Of a stretch of DNA of 64,000 nt, positions 1 through 14,973 are shown one piece after another. This stretch comes from Dimorphilus gyrociliatus (Eukaryota; Animalia; Annelida): positions 236,425 through 300,424 of the forward strand of contig CAJFCJ010000020.1 in the NCBI GenBank assembly GCA_904063045.1, in the 5' to 3' direction. The notes under the pieces are model-generated. The model saw nothing but the letters and a program-made list of their open reading frames with translations. It ran no database searches and had not been told where the DNA came from. Each line of letters starts with the position of its first letter. Position 1 is the first letter of the stretch. The position numbers and the translations under genes are program-made.

Positions 1-1596
1 TTAAATGAACTTCAATTTACGACCGTCTGTGTAGGTCTGGTCGCTTTGTTTACAAGCTGAAAAAATCTGATTACCGACCATCAGTTGCAGCCGTGCAATG
101 CACCTGTCCCCATTGCCGTGTCTGCGGGCTATTGCACACTTTATTTTTATTTCTGAAACGGCTTTGCTTTTATTTTCATAGCGGCTATAACGTTTGGTCA
201 AATGCCAAATCCTTGCGCATACATATCCGCGCCTATTGTACCCTCTACTGTTGTTTTCTCCCTTGGTGGTAAGAGGAGAAGGATGCTATTTAACGATTTG
301 TCGTATCAGCAGATGGCGCTTCTTTTATCAAATAATAAAAAAGTAACAGACTCAACTTTTTATATCTTTTATCCCTTACACCCTTATACGGTGTCGTTGT
401 GAGAATACAAATTTACAAAAGAAAAATTGCTTTCTAACACGTAATTTTATTCAAAGTGAACAAGAAGAAACTCTCTAAACTATTTAAGTAAGTTTTAGCG
501 TCTTTGTTTTCCGTGACTCTTGCTTCCTTTCTTGTTTTTCCATTATTAATGGAAAAGATTTGGGTCATAGTCATAGGGGTGAGAGGTAGAATATGAGGAA
601 GAAATGCGGCATAAAGGATAATGTTGACTGGTCGCCGACCTTATTAAATTGATGGCATTCGAATGTTAAGAAGTATTCGAACGTGACTGTTGAAGTAGCA
701 AAGTCCCAATTGAACTAAATGCAAGTTCTCTTTTCGAGCTTATTTCTAAGAATTTATTCCCTTCTTGTCTTATTATGTCAAATTTATCCATGTCCGTTCA
801 GGTTTTGTAGATTTACTCCTAGATTTCTGCTTTCCGCCTTCTTCTTTAATCTATCGGTTCCTCTTCTTAGAAAAAACACAAGCTACATAATTAATTATAA
901 TGACGATAGATATCTATACTTTGATGTTCAATAATGAAAGAACGATCACAGATTTGCAGACCAAATAATATTAAAGTTGATGAAATTTATTATTAGATTA
1001 TAGGAAAACAGAACAAGTTATATATATAGTATATTTATCTCCTATAAGATAATATCAAAGAGATATGTATCATTTCTTTAAATAAGTGACCTTAAAGAAG
1101 CATCTGAAAAAAATGCGATAATATAAAAACTAATAAACTTCAATATAACATGAAGATAATACATCTATATGTAATACACGCTATATTACTAGTATTATTA
1201 TACATATATGTATGTATATAGTACAATAGAGTATGTAAATTAGCAATCATATGAACTCATAATTTTTATTTAATATGCAATCTGTTATATGTATATATAT
1301 ACTGTATAGTGCATATATGCAATATATATATATATATATATATATTTACTGTATATAGCTTACATGTGTATTGTGCATGCATATTTATTACAATATGCCT
1401 ACAATTTCCAAAAACTATAACTTCATAAACGAGTTGTATACTTACTTATCTATTCGATATAAGTTGCTCTGATTAACCTTCATATGTAGCCTTGCTTCAT
1501 ACAAAAAATGAATCCAATAACAATAGCTTGCCCTAACGCAGTCTGAATACGAAACTAATTTGTAAGAGATATATAAGTGATGTATCTCCTACCATC

Positions 1597-1670
1597 TATA
1601 TACTGTATACAGTATATCGTATACTATATACAGTATATACTGTATATATATATATATATATATATATCTT
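1597..1670. repeat. (TA)n microsatellite containing two perfect palindromes built from TACTGTA/TACAGTA
   Basis: ATATACTGTATACAGTATAT (1598-1617) and TATATACAGTATATACTGTATATA (1625-1648) are each self-complementary. A (TA)n run follows. Confidence 0.85.
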
Positions 1671-1957
1671 ATATTTTCTCTATATATACCTCTTAATATA
1701 ACTCTTCGCCGTCAAAATTAGAAAAATTGTCTGCTTGGATGATTATACAAAAGTACAGTTCTGCCCTTATTTTGTCAAACTGATGCCGTCCCTGGTATTT
1801 ATGAAAAAAGTGTCTTTCCTTTCTAATTTCGTTTTCCTTGTCATTTGTTGGCTTTTTTGTCTCTGAATTAGAAATTAGACGGCGCAAAGAACATCACTAG
1901 GTGTCGTCGTCGGAACATTTTAACATTAAGGCGCTCGAAATTCTGTCGGGCGCAAAT

Positions 1958-2986
1958 ATGCTGAAAAACGAATCGGTTCCGCTAAGCAGCGACGATTCCT
2001 CAATCGAATGTCTCATTAAACGCGTTAATCTTCTCTTGGCTATAATTGCAATTGTGGTGCATTTCTTCTGCGCATGCGCATTTCTGGGTAAAAAGTTTAA
2101 GAAAGTCGCCGGAGTGAATTTCCTGATTGCTTTAAGTTCATCGATACAGTTGGTTTTTGCGTGTTATTTGATAAATTGGATTACAGCAAACACTGGACTC
2201 AAGCTAACAGGCCAAAAGTTTGTTTGTCATATGCACGTCCTCATCGAAAAATCAGCATTATTTCTCTCAGTTTGGTTCTCAGTATGTTCATGTGTCGAAA
2301 GAGCAATCGCTTTGTCTTTTTATGACAGAAGTAGGAATTATTGTAGTAGCTCAAAGGTGAAAATTACTATATTTCTCTTATCTACCTTTGCATTAGTTAT
2401 AAATTTAAATATTACAACAACCTTCGAATTACTTTTCTCAAAAAGTGCTAAAAGATACTTCTGCGTACAAGATATTGATCGTAATGTCGAGTATACTTTG
2501 GAATTCCTTCATCTAATATTCAATATTCTACTACCATACACCATTAGAATACTCTTAATAATTCTCCTCATTAAGACTCTGCATAAGCACTCGAACACGT
2601 TACAAAGTCTTGATCCACAATTAACTGTTAGTATTTCAGACTTAGAACTTACCAGAAGTGTTTGCTGGTCAACTATTTTTCACTTGTTTTTTGTTGCACC
2701 TAATCATTTTTTAAGAATACTTGCTTTTACTCCGAAATTTGATTTAATACGGCGTAAAAGGTATTTGCAAGGTTCCTTCTACACACTATTCATATTCAGT
2801 TTCTCGTCCCACCTCTTTTTTTATTTCTTGTTTATGAAAGCATTCAGGAAGAGCCTTAGAAGATTGTTTGTTAACTTGATTACGCTAAAAACGTGTCGTT
2901 GCCGAAAGAAAAAGCTAGTAAACAGTGATGGCTCGCTAATAGAAGACGCTAGAGTTATCAATTTAGAGAAAACAACAGCTTTCTGA
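1958..2986 (+). CDS. Intronless rhodopsin-class (class A) GPCR, orphan/peptide-receptor-like, 342 aa
   Basis: The first ATG in the 1901-2986 ORF is at 1958. The protein has seven hydrophobic segments, CSCVERAIAL at the DRY position, Cys residues in TM3 and ECL2 (KFVC, YFC), and a basic helix 8 followed by a CRC motif. Confidence 0.85.
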   Translation: MLKNESVPLSSDDSSIECLIKRVNLLLAIIAIVVHFFCACAFLGKKFKKVAGVNFLIALSSSIQLVFACYLINWITANTGLKLTGQKFVCHMHVLIEKSALFLSVWFSVCSCVERAIALSFYDRSRNYCSSSKVKITIFLLSTFALVINLNITTTFELLFSKSAKRYFCVQDIDRNVEYTLEFLHLIFNILLPYTIRILLIILLIKTLHKHSNTLQSLDPQLTVSISDLELTRSVCWSTIFHLFFVAPNHFLRILAFTPKFDLIRRKRYLQGSFYTLFIFSFSSHLFFYFLFMKAFRKSLRRLFVNLITLKTCRCRKKKLVNSDGSLIEDARVINLEKTTAF

Positions 2987-5900
2987 AAGATTACTACTGG
3001 AAATTGGATATGTTCCCATTATATCGTGATCTTTATTGTTTATTTAAATATTTTTTATTGGGCTTATCAAATTATTAATGGTAACAAAACAACTCTGCAT
3101 TTCTTATACTGTATATAAATTGTATGAATTGTTTAATTAAATGGGTGCTTTGTTTTATTCTAAGTAAGAATAAAAATATATTATTGCTCTTTCTAGAATT
3201 CAAAAGAAGGCAAAAGCGTGAAAGAAAAAATGTATCATCTTCTCTTCACTCTTGAAGGATTTTATACTATATACTTTTCTTCATCTTTCATCTTTGTAGT
3301 CTAACAATGTAAAGTCCTTTCCATACTATTTATCTACACTTTGAAATATGACAATTAAAATTATTATTTCTTTTTTCTAATAATTTATTTATAGAAACCT
3401 AAATGTGACCAAAGACCGAATAAAAATAACTTTGATCTTATAACTCCGCATTTGTATGCCCGGTTAGCAGCGTTTATCCAACGCAATCTACCTAGATAGA
3501 ATAAACTTTTTCTTCTCTTTTATCCCTTTCCTTTCCTAACGAAAATGGAAAACGAGATGAAGGGATTTTTTTCCTATTAATAAACAGACTATATATATAT
3601 ATATATGTATATATATTTATATTCTTGATAAAACATACTTAATAATAACCTTCTCAATTCCTAGATAAAATAAAAATAAAATAAAGCCAATTTTCATTTA
3701 AATAATGTCATTTGTTCCAGATATATAAATAATAAAGAGGTGTTTTTCTTTTAAAGGAGATTTGACTGTAATCTTTGGAATTAAAATTTTAAGAGGAAAA
3801 CAAATTCGCTAAGGGATTAAATTTTCTCATAAAGACTAGCACTTGATCACTTTTGCAGGGTTATATGAATTTTCCAAGCTTTCACATTTTCTTAGATTAT
3901 TCCTTCTATGGAATGGTGTTTCTTTTCCGCCTACAGCTCTTCCAACACATTATTTATTTATATATATACTGTATAACTATATATATATATATCTATATAC
4001 TGTATATGTATTACGTAAAAAAAATATAGCACATTTCCTATGAAACAAATATACATCAAAGTTTTGTATGAAAACATAGGGGATTTCTATATGAAGCTTT
4101 ATGATCAGATATATGAGGATTCGTGACTATGTCTCCTTTTTATGTAATGTGTACATTTTGTAATATATGTATGTATAGCATATTTATAAAGTATATATGT
4201 AATTTATAAGAAGAAAAATTCTATGGCATGTGAAATAATTACGCCTACCTTGTGAGCAATTCATCTTATATCTCTTATCGTTAATTCATAAATAACATAC
4301 AAATCAGAGTGTTTTGTGGATACGGTAGTTTCATCTCTATAAAAATAGAATAAGAAACGTTCTAAATGTAGTCTTGGTGTATTATACTTGGAACGTCTTT
4401 ATTAGTATGTGTTAAAAATACAACGTATCATTTGCTTCGTTCGATTCGGCATTCATATGAATAAAAAGATGCTCTATTCTGCTTTTCGATGTCATATTCT
4501 CATGCCTCATTGACGTCATATTGCGTGTTTACTTATTTCATCGATCGACTAGATTTTTACAATATCAAAAAGAAAATAAATAATAAAAAACAATCACGAG
4601 AAAATATTTTTAGATTTTATTAAAAGAGAGTAGAACAATTGATTTTATGAAAAACATTTTTCGTAATAGACCAAAATATTCTAGTATGTAAATCTTTTCT
4701 CACTCGACAATTTCTTTTTGATATCGGCTTGTCTGGTGAAATGGACTTGGAGATGACGATAGCTAATTAACAACTGATGCCATAAGGTAAGTATTAAGTA
4801 AAAGGTGAAGAAGTTTCGATTTAACTTGGCTTATTGAAGCCGGTTTATTTCCTTTTTCTGGTTAAATCATTTTGTCTTAATAATCTAATTCGTATACAAT
4901 TTTAGTATGACATTTCTTTATATAATAGAGGAAAATAGCCTCCAGTTTTTTTCTTTTCATTTTCACCCTCTAGAATATCAAAATTATTTTAATAATGTAA
5001 AAACAAGATATTTATCTCAACACTACGGTTTCGAATGAATATATGAAGAATCGACTAACGAAATCAATATACCAACTATAGATAATTTTTCCTTGCTGGA
5101 TCATTGAACTTGCAGACAACTTTTTACAACTCAACAACTCCTGTATAGAGTCTGTCAAGTGGAATTTCTTTCTAGTCCAAAGCATACACCTGCTATTTTT
5201 ATCTTTCCCTTGTAGACTTTATTGAAGCAATAATTATTCAATTAGATATAATTCCGATCGGCTATGGAAAACGAAGGTATATAATTTTTTAAACATAAAA
5301 ACGTAGTAATTTTTTAATGTTATACCACTTTCGCGGGGATTATATGTTAAAGAGAAAGGTGCTTATTAATTCAATTACTCTAACTTTCTCATTAATAAAG
5401 AGAAATATAACAATATTTATGAGAGTGTGGCTTGTAAACGCCATTTTAAAACCTTTTACCATTGATGATTCCAGAAGTGGAATTTAAGAAAACGATCATC
5501 TCGAGTGAAATAAGCTTTTCTCTAAATGCAACAAAAGCCTATTCTAGACTCTTGATGTAATCTAAATAATAAAAAAAAAAGACTGTTTTACCAAGAAACT
5601 ACATTCAATTACCTAATGACGTCAACAACTTTCTTATTTTACTATTCAATAAATAGAAATTTTTGCCTCTCTATTCTTGATTTAATGAAAAATCTTTAAT
5701 AAAATAGTCTAATATAAAAAATTAACTTTATCTATAATAAAAAATGAAAAAAAGAGAAACAATAAAACAAATTACATATATAAATAATACAGAAATTAAT
5801 TAAAAAAATAGATAAATTCGAATAGAAATATATTTTTTCTGAAAACAGAAGCTAGATGCAGCTGTGTAATATTGATTAATAATTCTTTAAATTAATATAG

Positions 5901-8504
5901 GAGCTAATAAATCTTGCGATAGATAGATAGAAAGATCGTTTTATATAGTGTATCTTTTAAACAATAGACAATATTACGCAATATATATTGTTTATACAAA
6001 AGGTGATGTACCTGTACGAATATATCTAAATAGAGGAATGGAACACAAAAGAAATATATTGTATATACTGTATATTTTTTATATAGTTTTTATTGGTGAA
6101 CAAAGAATGTTACCGATATTAATTACTGTTTTTTATCACAATTTCTTTTATTGTCTCTGGAAAAAATATTATTGACCGCATTAAATTTATGGAATAATTT
6201 ATTAAGTTAACTAATACCTGATATGGATACTCATTATGTCATGAGAAGCTAGTCGTCTAAAATGACTGTAGTTGTATTGGTCTGATGAAGATATTTTATC
6301 TATGCCATAGGCCAGTGGATGGACGTCACGTTTCGACATACTATATTTTACCAATGAGGCTAATTAAATTCTAATTTTAGCCGAAATATTTAAATAAAAA
6401 CGCCCCTATTCTATGTCGATATTTTTGTGAATTTTTACTCGGTGATGTATTTAATTCAATTACTTTTTAATGATTGTTCTAAACGATCTATCCTATAAAT
6501 AAGACAAAAATTTACAATGATTGACATTAAGACCTCTTAAGGTACCTAAATACTTATTAAGAGTCCCTTAAAACGGCAATAATATTCTATAAAAGATAAA
6601 AATCTGACATATTATATTTAAGATATATAATACAATCTACAGACACTTTCGTACGAATATGTATATATATATTTATATATTAGTATTTATATTTATGAAT
6701 ATATAAATATAAATATATTTTCTATATTTAGATAAAGATTCGTGTTTTTGTTTATATATCGTTATAAGATATACATAACACCATATATACTACTTTGGTT
6801 GTTAACAATAAAATAAATTTAGGTCAGATAATATATTTTTAGACCATATAAAATATACGCAAATTAAAAGATATTCTCGGAGTTACTAATTCCCAAGGGC
6901 ATAAGGATGCATTATAAATTGGGCAGGTATTAAGTTTCTAATATCACACTGCATTACCTATCTACTTTGCATAGTATAGTCATCGATAACTTTTGCTTCT
7001 ATCATTAGCAAATTTTCTGCCAAATAAGCTTTTTGCAGTTAAACAGAGACACATTTTTTTATTCATTTAGAGAAATGAGAGCAAGTCTATTATTATAAAA
7101 TTTACTTATAATTTACAATATATCTCATATTTACAAACCAGTATTTAATGTTGTGTATTACTTGAAATAGATTGATCAGTATATGTATACATAATAAATG
7201 AAACTAGCCTTAGTTTGTAATGAACGCTAATTAGGACATTAAAGAAGAGTAAATTTTATTCTTTTTATTTCTATTGGATGCTAGACAGACGGTTTAAAAT
7301 AGACTATTTCCGAATAGCTTTTAGTTTAGGGCTATATTCTATAAACGTAGGATCTTTCCTTCTTGAGGCGCTTCTTGATTATTTTCCTATACCTCATTTT
7401 CTTACTTTATGGCAATCTCTTTTTCTTAATTACAATCGCTTTTATTAATGATTCCCAACTCTCATTATTAGCCTGCAATATGGCATAATCAATAAGTGGC
7501 TAGTAATAATTATAAGCTTTTTAATAAGGAAATATAGAAAATTGATAATTATTTAGAATAGAAGGTTATAATTAATTAATTTGTTGTTGATTTTTGATAC
7601 CTTACAGCTGTTTAATTGTTTGATGCGTTTGTTCAACTTCCCTCTCAATATATCCCTGTAACTTTTTTCACTAATATTTTTTACTGCTTTTCCCTCTGCC
7701 ACCTATTTTTCCATCTGGACGGCGTACGTTTACAGTTGTATTTAGGAATTGATGCTACCTTCCTTATCTGCTGTATGTCGGTATTATTTTCTCTATCCCT
7801 TCTTCTTCATATAAACAGAGCAGTTACTAGAAATAGGATGTGAAAGTCTTAATCAGCGCCTGCTGTAGCCTTTGTAGGAAAGGTTTTTTTATCAATCTCC
7901 TTTGATATTTGCTACTACCCTAACAATATCAGTACTAAATTCTCATAAAAAAACACAACTCCTGTTAAAAACATGCTGACCTGTTTCTCTGTAAGAGAAG
8001 CGTTTAAAAGCAGAATATATCTACTTTATTGAATTAATTAGTTCGCCAATTAACACACCCTCCGTACTAATTACTAACTAGGGTCGAGATATTTAATTAA
8101 ATTCCTCTTAGGATGAATAAGAACAATAGTTATTCCGAAATTTCAACAAATGCGTATAAAAATATATTTTAATCTATATGCAGAATATGGCCGGAAGCTT
8201 CCTTAAATTAGTCAATTTCATGCTGTAGATGGCGTGAAATTCAATGGAAAATAAAGCAATTCTTTTACTAACAGTTATGGTTAGTATCAAGATAATAAAC
8301 GATGATAGAGGTTTATTCCTTTATGGAGGGTAGTTAATAAATCGTTCTTTCTGTTGCCGTTGTGCCCTGTTTTAAAAGGGGTTTTCGGTAAAATTACCCT
8401 GCTCTATATACATATACATATATCCTGCATAAATATCGTATTAAATTATATTATACTATATTATATAAATATATATATATATTCTTTCTATATATATATA
8501 ATAT

Positions 8505-8508
<4 letters not shown>

Positions 8509-8546
<38 letters not shown>

Positions 8547-8570
8547 TATAGAGAGAGAGAGAGAGAGAGA
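8509..8570. repeat. Compound (TA)n-(GA)n microsatellite
   Basis: Read directly: a (TA) run, then CAGTATA, then (GA)10. Confidence 0.95.
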
Positions 8571-10493
8571 CAGTGGATTAATATACTGTAGATAGAAAAT
8601 CCTCTCTTCACAATATTTTGATCAAGCTGCAGTTCGTTTCTCTCAATTATAAAGTAATAAAGTGATAAAATTAGAATCAATATATCCACTCTTCAGTCAA
8701 TGTGAAAAGAATGCCACTTATTAGACTTTTCACTATGGAAATCAAAGCTTAAATTCCTTTTAGGAGGGACAAGGACACTTTTTAGATTTCGAATCAATAG
8801 TCAACAAATAAACGCATACAAAATTTATGTAATATGATTTATTACGTGCTCTTTTTAGAGCTTTAGGAATTAGAAACAATCACTTCGATAAATAATTTTA
8901 TCAGTTTTACCATTTCCATTCCGCTTCTTCTTTTAGTCTCCTTTCTTCGAGCTTTAATTTTAGATTTTTCTTTTTTCTTCAAGAGTAAATTATATAAAGA
9001 CTTCAGGGTGAAATCATCTATCATGTAAGACGAAGAGAAATATGTTAAAAGAAAAAGAAGGGAGGAGAAAAGAAAAATTGCCTTAGATTTTTTACCCTTA
9101 TCTTATTGGCAAAAATGATTTTGGTATCAAAAAATTGATCTGGTTCGATATTTGCCTGGAAGATAAATTAAAATAATTAGCCTACTACAACCCTTTCCAT
9201 TTGCGTAATGACAAAAGTATTCAAGAGAAAATCTTTATTAATCTCTTGGCAATTACTTATTGGGCATTGTTAAAATACCGTATTAAGAAAATAGTCAGAT
9301 ATCTCAGTATATGTATAATCTAGTTGCTCTAAAAGGAGTATATAAATGGAAAACAAAAGAACGAAGACCCTCTTTGCTAAATTCCATTACATAGATCTCG
9401 CTGGGGGTTTTCATTCTATTTATTATGAAGAAAGAAGAGCAACAGTATATAAACACTAAATTACGTTTCGAGGATTCTATAAGGTATAGAATTTCTAAAC
9501 GCCAAACTATGATTAGCTTGAAACGATAGGTAAATTATACTTGATAATAATTGCTTGAAATTATGTATATTTAATTCTTATAAACTGGCAATATTCATAG
9601 CAATTAAATAGAAGAAGATGACGTTCTTCATTAATGATTCGTAAGCAATTATCTCCATGATATTGTATTGATGGGTGATGAAGGTTTTTCATCATTACCT
9701 AATCTATCTAATCAATCTCTATTAATCAAAATTGCCTACTTTATACACTGACTAATAGAAATGCTCTCCACAAGAAAATCTCCCTCATAAAACAATCTCT
9801 TATTGCAAAAAAACAAGCGGCTTAGCCTTACTCTTACTAGTAATGCCATCAAGTTGACAACAAGGAAGTTAACAAAAAAATTTCACTCCACTTATAAGAA
9901 AAGGAGGTGGAGCCACTTGTACTTCTTTTAGACATAAAGAAATAATGTTACAAAGAGATTGCTATAAAAGATAAAAAAGAGAAAATAAAAAGAGAACTCA
10001 CGCCTAAATTTATAAAAATAATATTTGTATATTCTCTTTTTATTCCTTTAAAAAAGGATTTTTTATCAAACGAGACCTATTTAGCGTAAAGGATAGGGAA
10101 TATATATTTAAATTGAGCAAAGAAAATCATCCCTTAATCTTTTTTCCGTATATTAGATTTATTTAGGAGTTTTTTTCTATAAGTCATCCAACTACTTAAT
10201 AAAGTAGCTTGTAGAATGGAGCATGTACTTTAAAATAAACTATTCTTTGTTGTATACATTTAGAAGAATATAAACATAAAAGAGGTGTAGATTGCGCGAT
10301 TTGAATTCAGTATGTTTCATTCATAATCAATCCGGATATTATTAAAAAGGTTCAATAGGTCTAAAAATAAATTCATTTACTCTATCGATATTTTCAGTGG
10401 CTTACTCAACCTTCAACCTCACCTGTCAATATTGGCATCATCACTCCTTAGCCTTCCAGAATATACGCAAGATTTTTCATTCGAATAGGAAAT

Positions 10494-10540
10494 AGAGAGA
10501 GAGAGATAGAGAGAGATAGAGATAGAGAGAGAGGGAGGGA
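10494..10540. repeat. (GA)n/GAGATA purine-rich simple repeat
   Basis: Read directly from the sequence. Confidence 0.85.
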
Positions 10541-13500
10541 CATCGATTGACTTCATTTAATCATTTTATTAAATCTAAAAAAAAACGATAATTATTGCGA
10601 TTGTATAGAGAGAAAAAAGGAAAATATAATGTTATTTATAATTACTAACTATCAAAACATTTTCAAACAAACACCCTTTAATTTAGTTTTAAAAGAGAAG
10701 GGAAGTTGAAAGGTCATTATACAGGATTAGAATTTAAGAAAAGTAATGAAAGAGAAATGAGACGGGTGGTTAATTTACAATTATACCTTTGACGATTGAA
10801 TTCATTCAAAAAAGATCTTTTTTCTTCCTATTCTTTAACTAAGTTAAAAACAAATTGTCCCTTTTACAACGATCTAAAATCGTAATCGGCTTTAAAAGTT
10901 AAACGCTTTAATTGTTCCCCGGCTTTACCCTATGTTTTTTAGCATCTACCTCAACATAATGAATAACTTGATAATGTTTCTATTCGATCTTTTTCATCTA
11001 TTCTACTTAAAATCAATCAACCGTTTCCAATTACGTTATATAATTATTCTACAGGAAAAACTTTGAATTCTATTTCCTTGAATAGCTATGTAAAAAAAGA
11101 TTACTCATAAAAAAAGAGAGAATTCCATTTAAAAGTCTTAAAAGTTTGAATGGGAAAAAAATCAGCGACATTTAATAACAAAAATATTTAATCTATATTT
11201 AAAGATGATAAACGTCTTAAAATTTTCATAACAAAGAAATGTTCCACAAAAGCTATAAAAGATAATAATATGTTTTCATAAAGAATTCACTTGTCAACAG
11301 AATTTCCATACTAGTCTTTAATAATAAAACTAAATAAAGATCTAATAAAAAAAATTGATTTCAACTATCTTCAACGTCAAAGTCATTCTTAAAGGGTAAG
11401 GAAAATTAGTGTAGTAGCGATAAAGAACGATAGAGGGTGAAAAGAGAAAATAGATGGAAGAATGATAACGACAAAACAGTCAGAAGGAGGTAAAGGAGGG
11501 GAGGGACGGAGGAGGAGGAGTAACAGGACGAAATGAACAAAAATGAAAGGTTAAAGTTAATTTTACATCATTAAAGTTATATAATGTTATTATCTGTGCA
11601 TATGACGTTTCTACCTCCCACTTTTGATACTAAGTTCCTTTAATTGTTGAATTACGTAAAAAATTGCACTTAAATCTCAGCATTCGATAGACAGTGTTCG
11701 TATAGAAGAGTTTTTGTTTAACAATAGATTAAATACTTAATAGGATAAAAAATAAATAAGTAGAAAGAGAATTTCTATTTACATTTTCCGAGAAAAGAAA
11801 GAAAATGTATTAATAAAAATTTTTAATTAAAAGTCTTTCCCTTTGTCTATTCACCAAACTTTTTCGCTACATTAACAGATTGTAAATGATTATGTAATTA
11901 TTCTAAAAAATAAAGCTGAGAGGTTACGCAACGTAATTCATTTTATAAGTAGCATTAGGAAGTAGGATATAAATTACGGTTAGTTGAATTAGATCTAACA
12001 ATCTAATATATTTAGAAATTACCAATAATAACAAGAGAAATAATTTCATAATTAATTAAATATTATTAATTAATCATTTAATGAATGGGATAAAGAATTA
12101 ATCAGTATTAAAAGGCGTACTTTATTCAAGAGATTCTGTTATTAATAAAAAATAAATCTATTATACATTCAGCAGTTTTTTAGCTTTTGTTCCTGAAGAT
12201 TAATATCGGTATTACCTTTTTTCATATATCAATGCGAAAAATTAACAATAGTCAATGAATATTGAATGAAAATTCGTCATAAAATAGAAGGATTTCTAAC
12301 CATTCACCTTAACAATGTTTTACCCCTTCTTACATATTCTACCGTGAAAGATAAACAGGTAAGAAAATTCTCTTTTTATTTATATTGATGTTCAATGAAA
12401 CAACTTCCGGTTAAGAAAAGAAAGCTTTAATAGTCAAAATATCTAGTTTTGGTGTCTATTTATATCTTTGTATAGAAAATCAGGATACTTGCCATTAAAG
12501 GCTGGAAATAAATATATAAATGGTGTTTTGGAAAAAGATCAGAAAAGTTGGCTCTTAATTTGTTTCGTTTAAATGAGCCTTATTCATAGAAGAATCAATA
12601 AGTCTCTTTATTCAGTTTTCACCTTCATTAATATCGTTGAAGAGACAATCTTCTACTTTTCCGGTTTAAGAAACTCTTGAACTAGACTCATTCAAAACTA
12701 CAATAGAATGAAAATTACAATGTTTTTACCTTTTGTTAATTAGAGGCTTTTTCATACGGTTTACGTAATTCACCACCTATGATGATGAACTAAATCAATC
12801 AAAAGTAAAACCTAAAAAACATAGATGACGCCACCGTTGAGCTTTTTCCAGCGATTTACTAAATCCATTCTTAAACTAAATCAAAAAGTCGAGCAGAAAG
12901 ACTAAAAAATTGTTTGTTCAACACCTTTTCTCACTCGACCGTATAATAGCGTTAATGTAAATAAACAAATAATAAAAGAATTACGTCATTTAGTCAACAA
13001 ACAGTCTGTAAAAGGGTTCACGCCAACTAAATTAGCCAATATAGCGCAGTCATCAACAATTTAGAGATGTTTGACCTACACTCGATCTAAACTTAATTCG
13101 TTTAATAGGAATAGACTGTAAGTTATTGGAACAAAAAACGTCAACGCTTTGCATTCTTAAATACTCTAGAAATTCGAGTGCTATTACGCAACAATGCTCT
13201 TTACTATACGACAATCGAGCGTTGTCTAACCTTTTATTGCAGACAATTAGAAAGAAAATTGCTCCGTTATATCTATACAGAAAATATACATTTGCGTAAA
13301 GTGTACATGACATCTAAATTGGCTGGGAAAAATACAAGATGCGCATGCGTAAATGGCCAATTATACGATCTGATAATTATCTCATTATTCCGCCTCAAGT
13401 GTAATGATCCGTTGAGATTTGTGTGTACAAACTACGTTAATCGCCTCTAATCAATTTGATAAATTCAATAAAAACAGTATTAGTAACTGTATTAATGTCA

Positions 13501-13727
13501 TTTGTACACAATCGATCATTGTTCGTTTTCTGAATAGGCGCTAATCACTTTGTTGGAATAATTGTGAGTTTTTATATAACCGCGACGCTCGAAAAATTGA
13601 GGAGGATGGGATAACGTTAAGTATTCAACTATCAAGAAGAGAATTAATAGAGATATAAATAAAAACACAGACAGCACCCCTCAAAAATAGTGAAATTGAG
13701 AAGAATGGGCAGTCAGATAGAAGAAAC

Positions 13728-13754
13728 GATAGATAGATAGACAGATAGATAGAT
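13728..13754. repeat. (GATA)n tetranucleotide repeat
   Basis: GATAGATAGATAGACAGATAGATAGAT. Confidence 0.85.
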
Positions 13755-14973
13755 TTGCTGATAAATCATCGGTGGACGATTGAAACAAGAAGAAAGAAAG
13801 AAAAGGGAGAGGATAGAGAGAGAAAAAAAGAGACAAAGACAGTTGAAAATATGATTAGATGATTGACGGCTGAGTAGGAGAGAAGGAGGGAAGAGAGAGG
13901 AAAAGAAAATTTTCTTGTTGACATAACTCTGCAGATTGCATCACCTGTCAGCAGCGCTAATTGCGTACGGTTGTTGTGATTAACTGCGCATTATCGGTTG
14001 GATTATCCAACGTTTATCTACATAGGCGTCATATAGTACGGAAGCGGACGAGATATTTGAGTTGATTGACAGCTGCTAAGGCTTAGCGGGACGCCGATTG
14101 CCGTGCTCTCGAAAGCTGTTTGCTCTACTAATCTAGTACTCGAGGCGAACTCAATAAGCCGAATCGTTACGCCATACAAGCGACGTCACTCGACGGGGCG
14201 TCGCTGTGCCGTTATTAAACGTCAATTGGTGCATTATCCTGGCAAATTGCTCGCTTAATCGCCTCGTCAAATACTCGATACAAATTGATGCAAAATGGCG
14301 AGCGTAATTGTGCTCGGACGCCAATAATGGAAAATTAAATAAAGCTGTTTGCTGAATAGAAGTCTAATGGCGTTCTGTAGATAGCGTTAATCGACCGCCC
14401 AGATAAGCGTCTAGACTAAAAATTCGGATTTCTTCTCTTTTCTCTTTGTATTATTTATCGCTTCAATGTGCTTTCTATTTCTTCTCTTTCTATCTCTAAT
14501 TCCATTCATTCACTTCCGCTCCGAACATGTGCGATGTTAGTATATATCAGTATATACCCGTCATATTCGTTTTATGCTACACTATTCGAATCTCGTCAAC
14601 AGCCTTGGGCATTTAACTCGCCGTCAGTCAATACACAGTTGCCAAGCTATATGCAAATCCATTTACTATTTATATATTTCTCTTTCCACCCTTCCAAAAA
14701 CGCTAATGTCCAAATTAAATATTGTTTGTTCTTTGTTTGCGAACCAATTGTGACTGAAGACCTTACACAGCTATGTAGGATCCACTCGTCTGGACATAAT
14801 AGAAGCATTGAATACGAAGTATACGGCCGTGAAAGCGCTATTTAGCTTACTGCCCATATTAGTAGTCATTATCATGCTTGCGGCTTATAAACGGCGAGAA
14901 ATTTACTTTGAATAGAGACCCGGCTCAATTATACCCGGGTCAAGACCTATATCTACCACCAACCATCTCTATA

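Noticed and set aside
1-934. Coding exons in the first 900 bp
   Set aside because: The region is moderately GC-rich, but no frame gave a recognisable protein or a consistent splice pattern.
1901-1957. GTG-initiated N-terminal extension of GPCR1
   Set aside because: This is a eukaryotic gene, so the first ATG at 1958 is preferred. The extension overlaps promoter-like motifs.
4436-4450. GTTCGATTC resembling a tRNA T-loop
   Set aside because: There is no cloverleaf or A-box in the flanks.
3843-13450. Short ORFs in the AT-rich region upstream of hbn
   Set aside because: They are low-complexity Y/I/F/L-rich translations of microsatellite or AT-rich DNA with no domain features.
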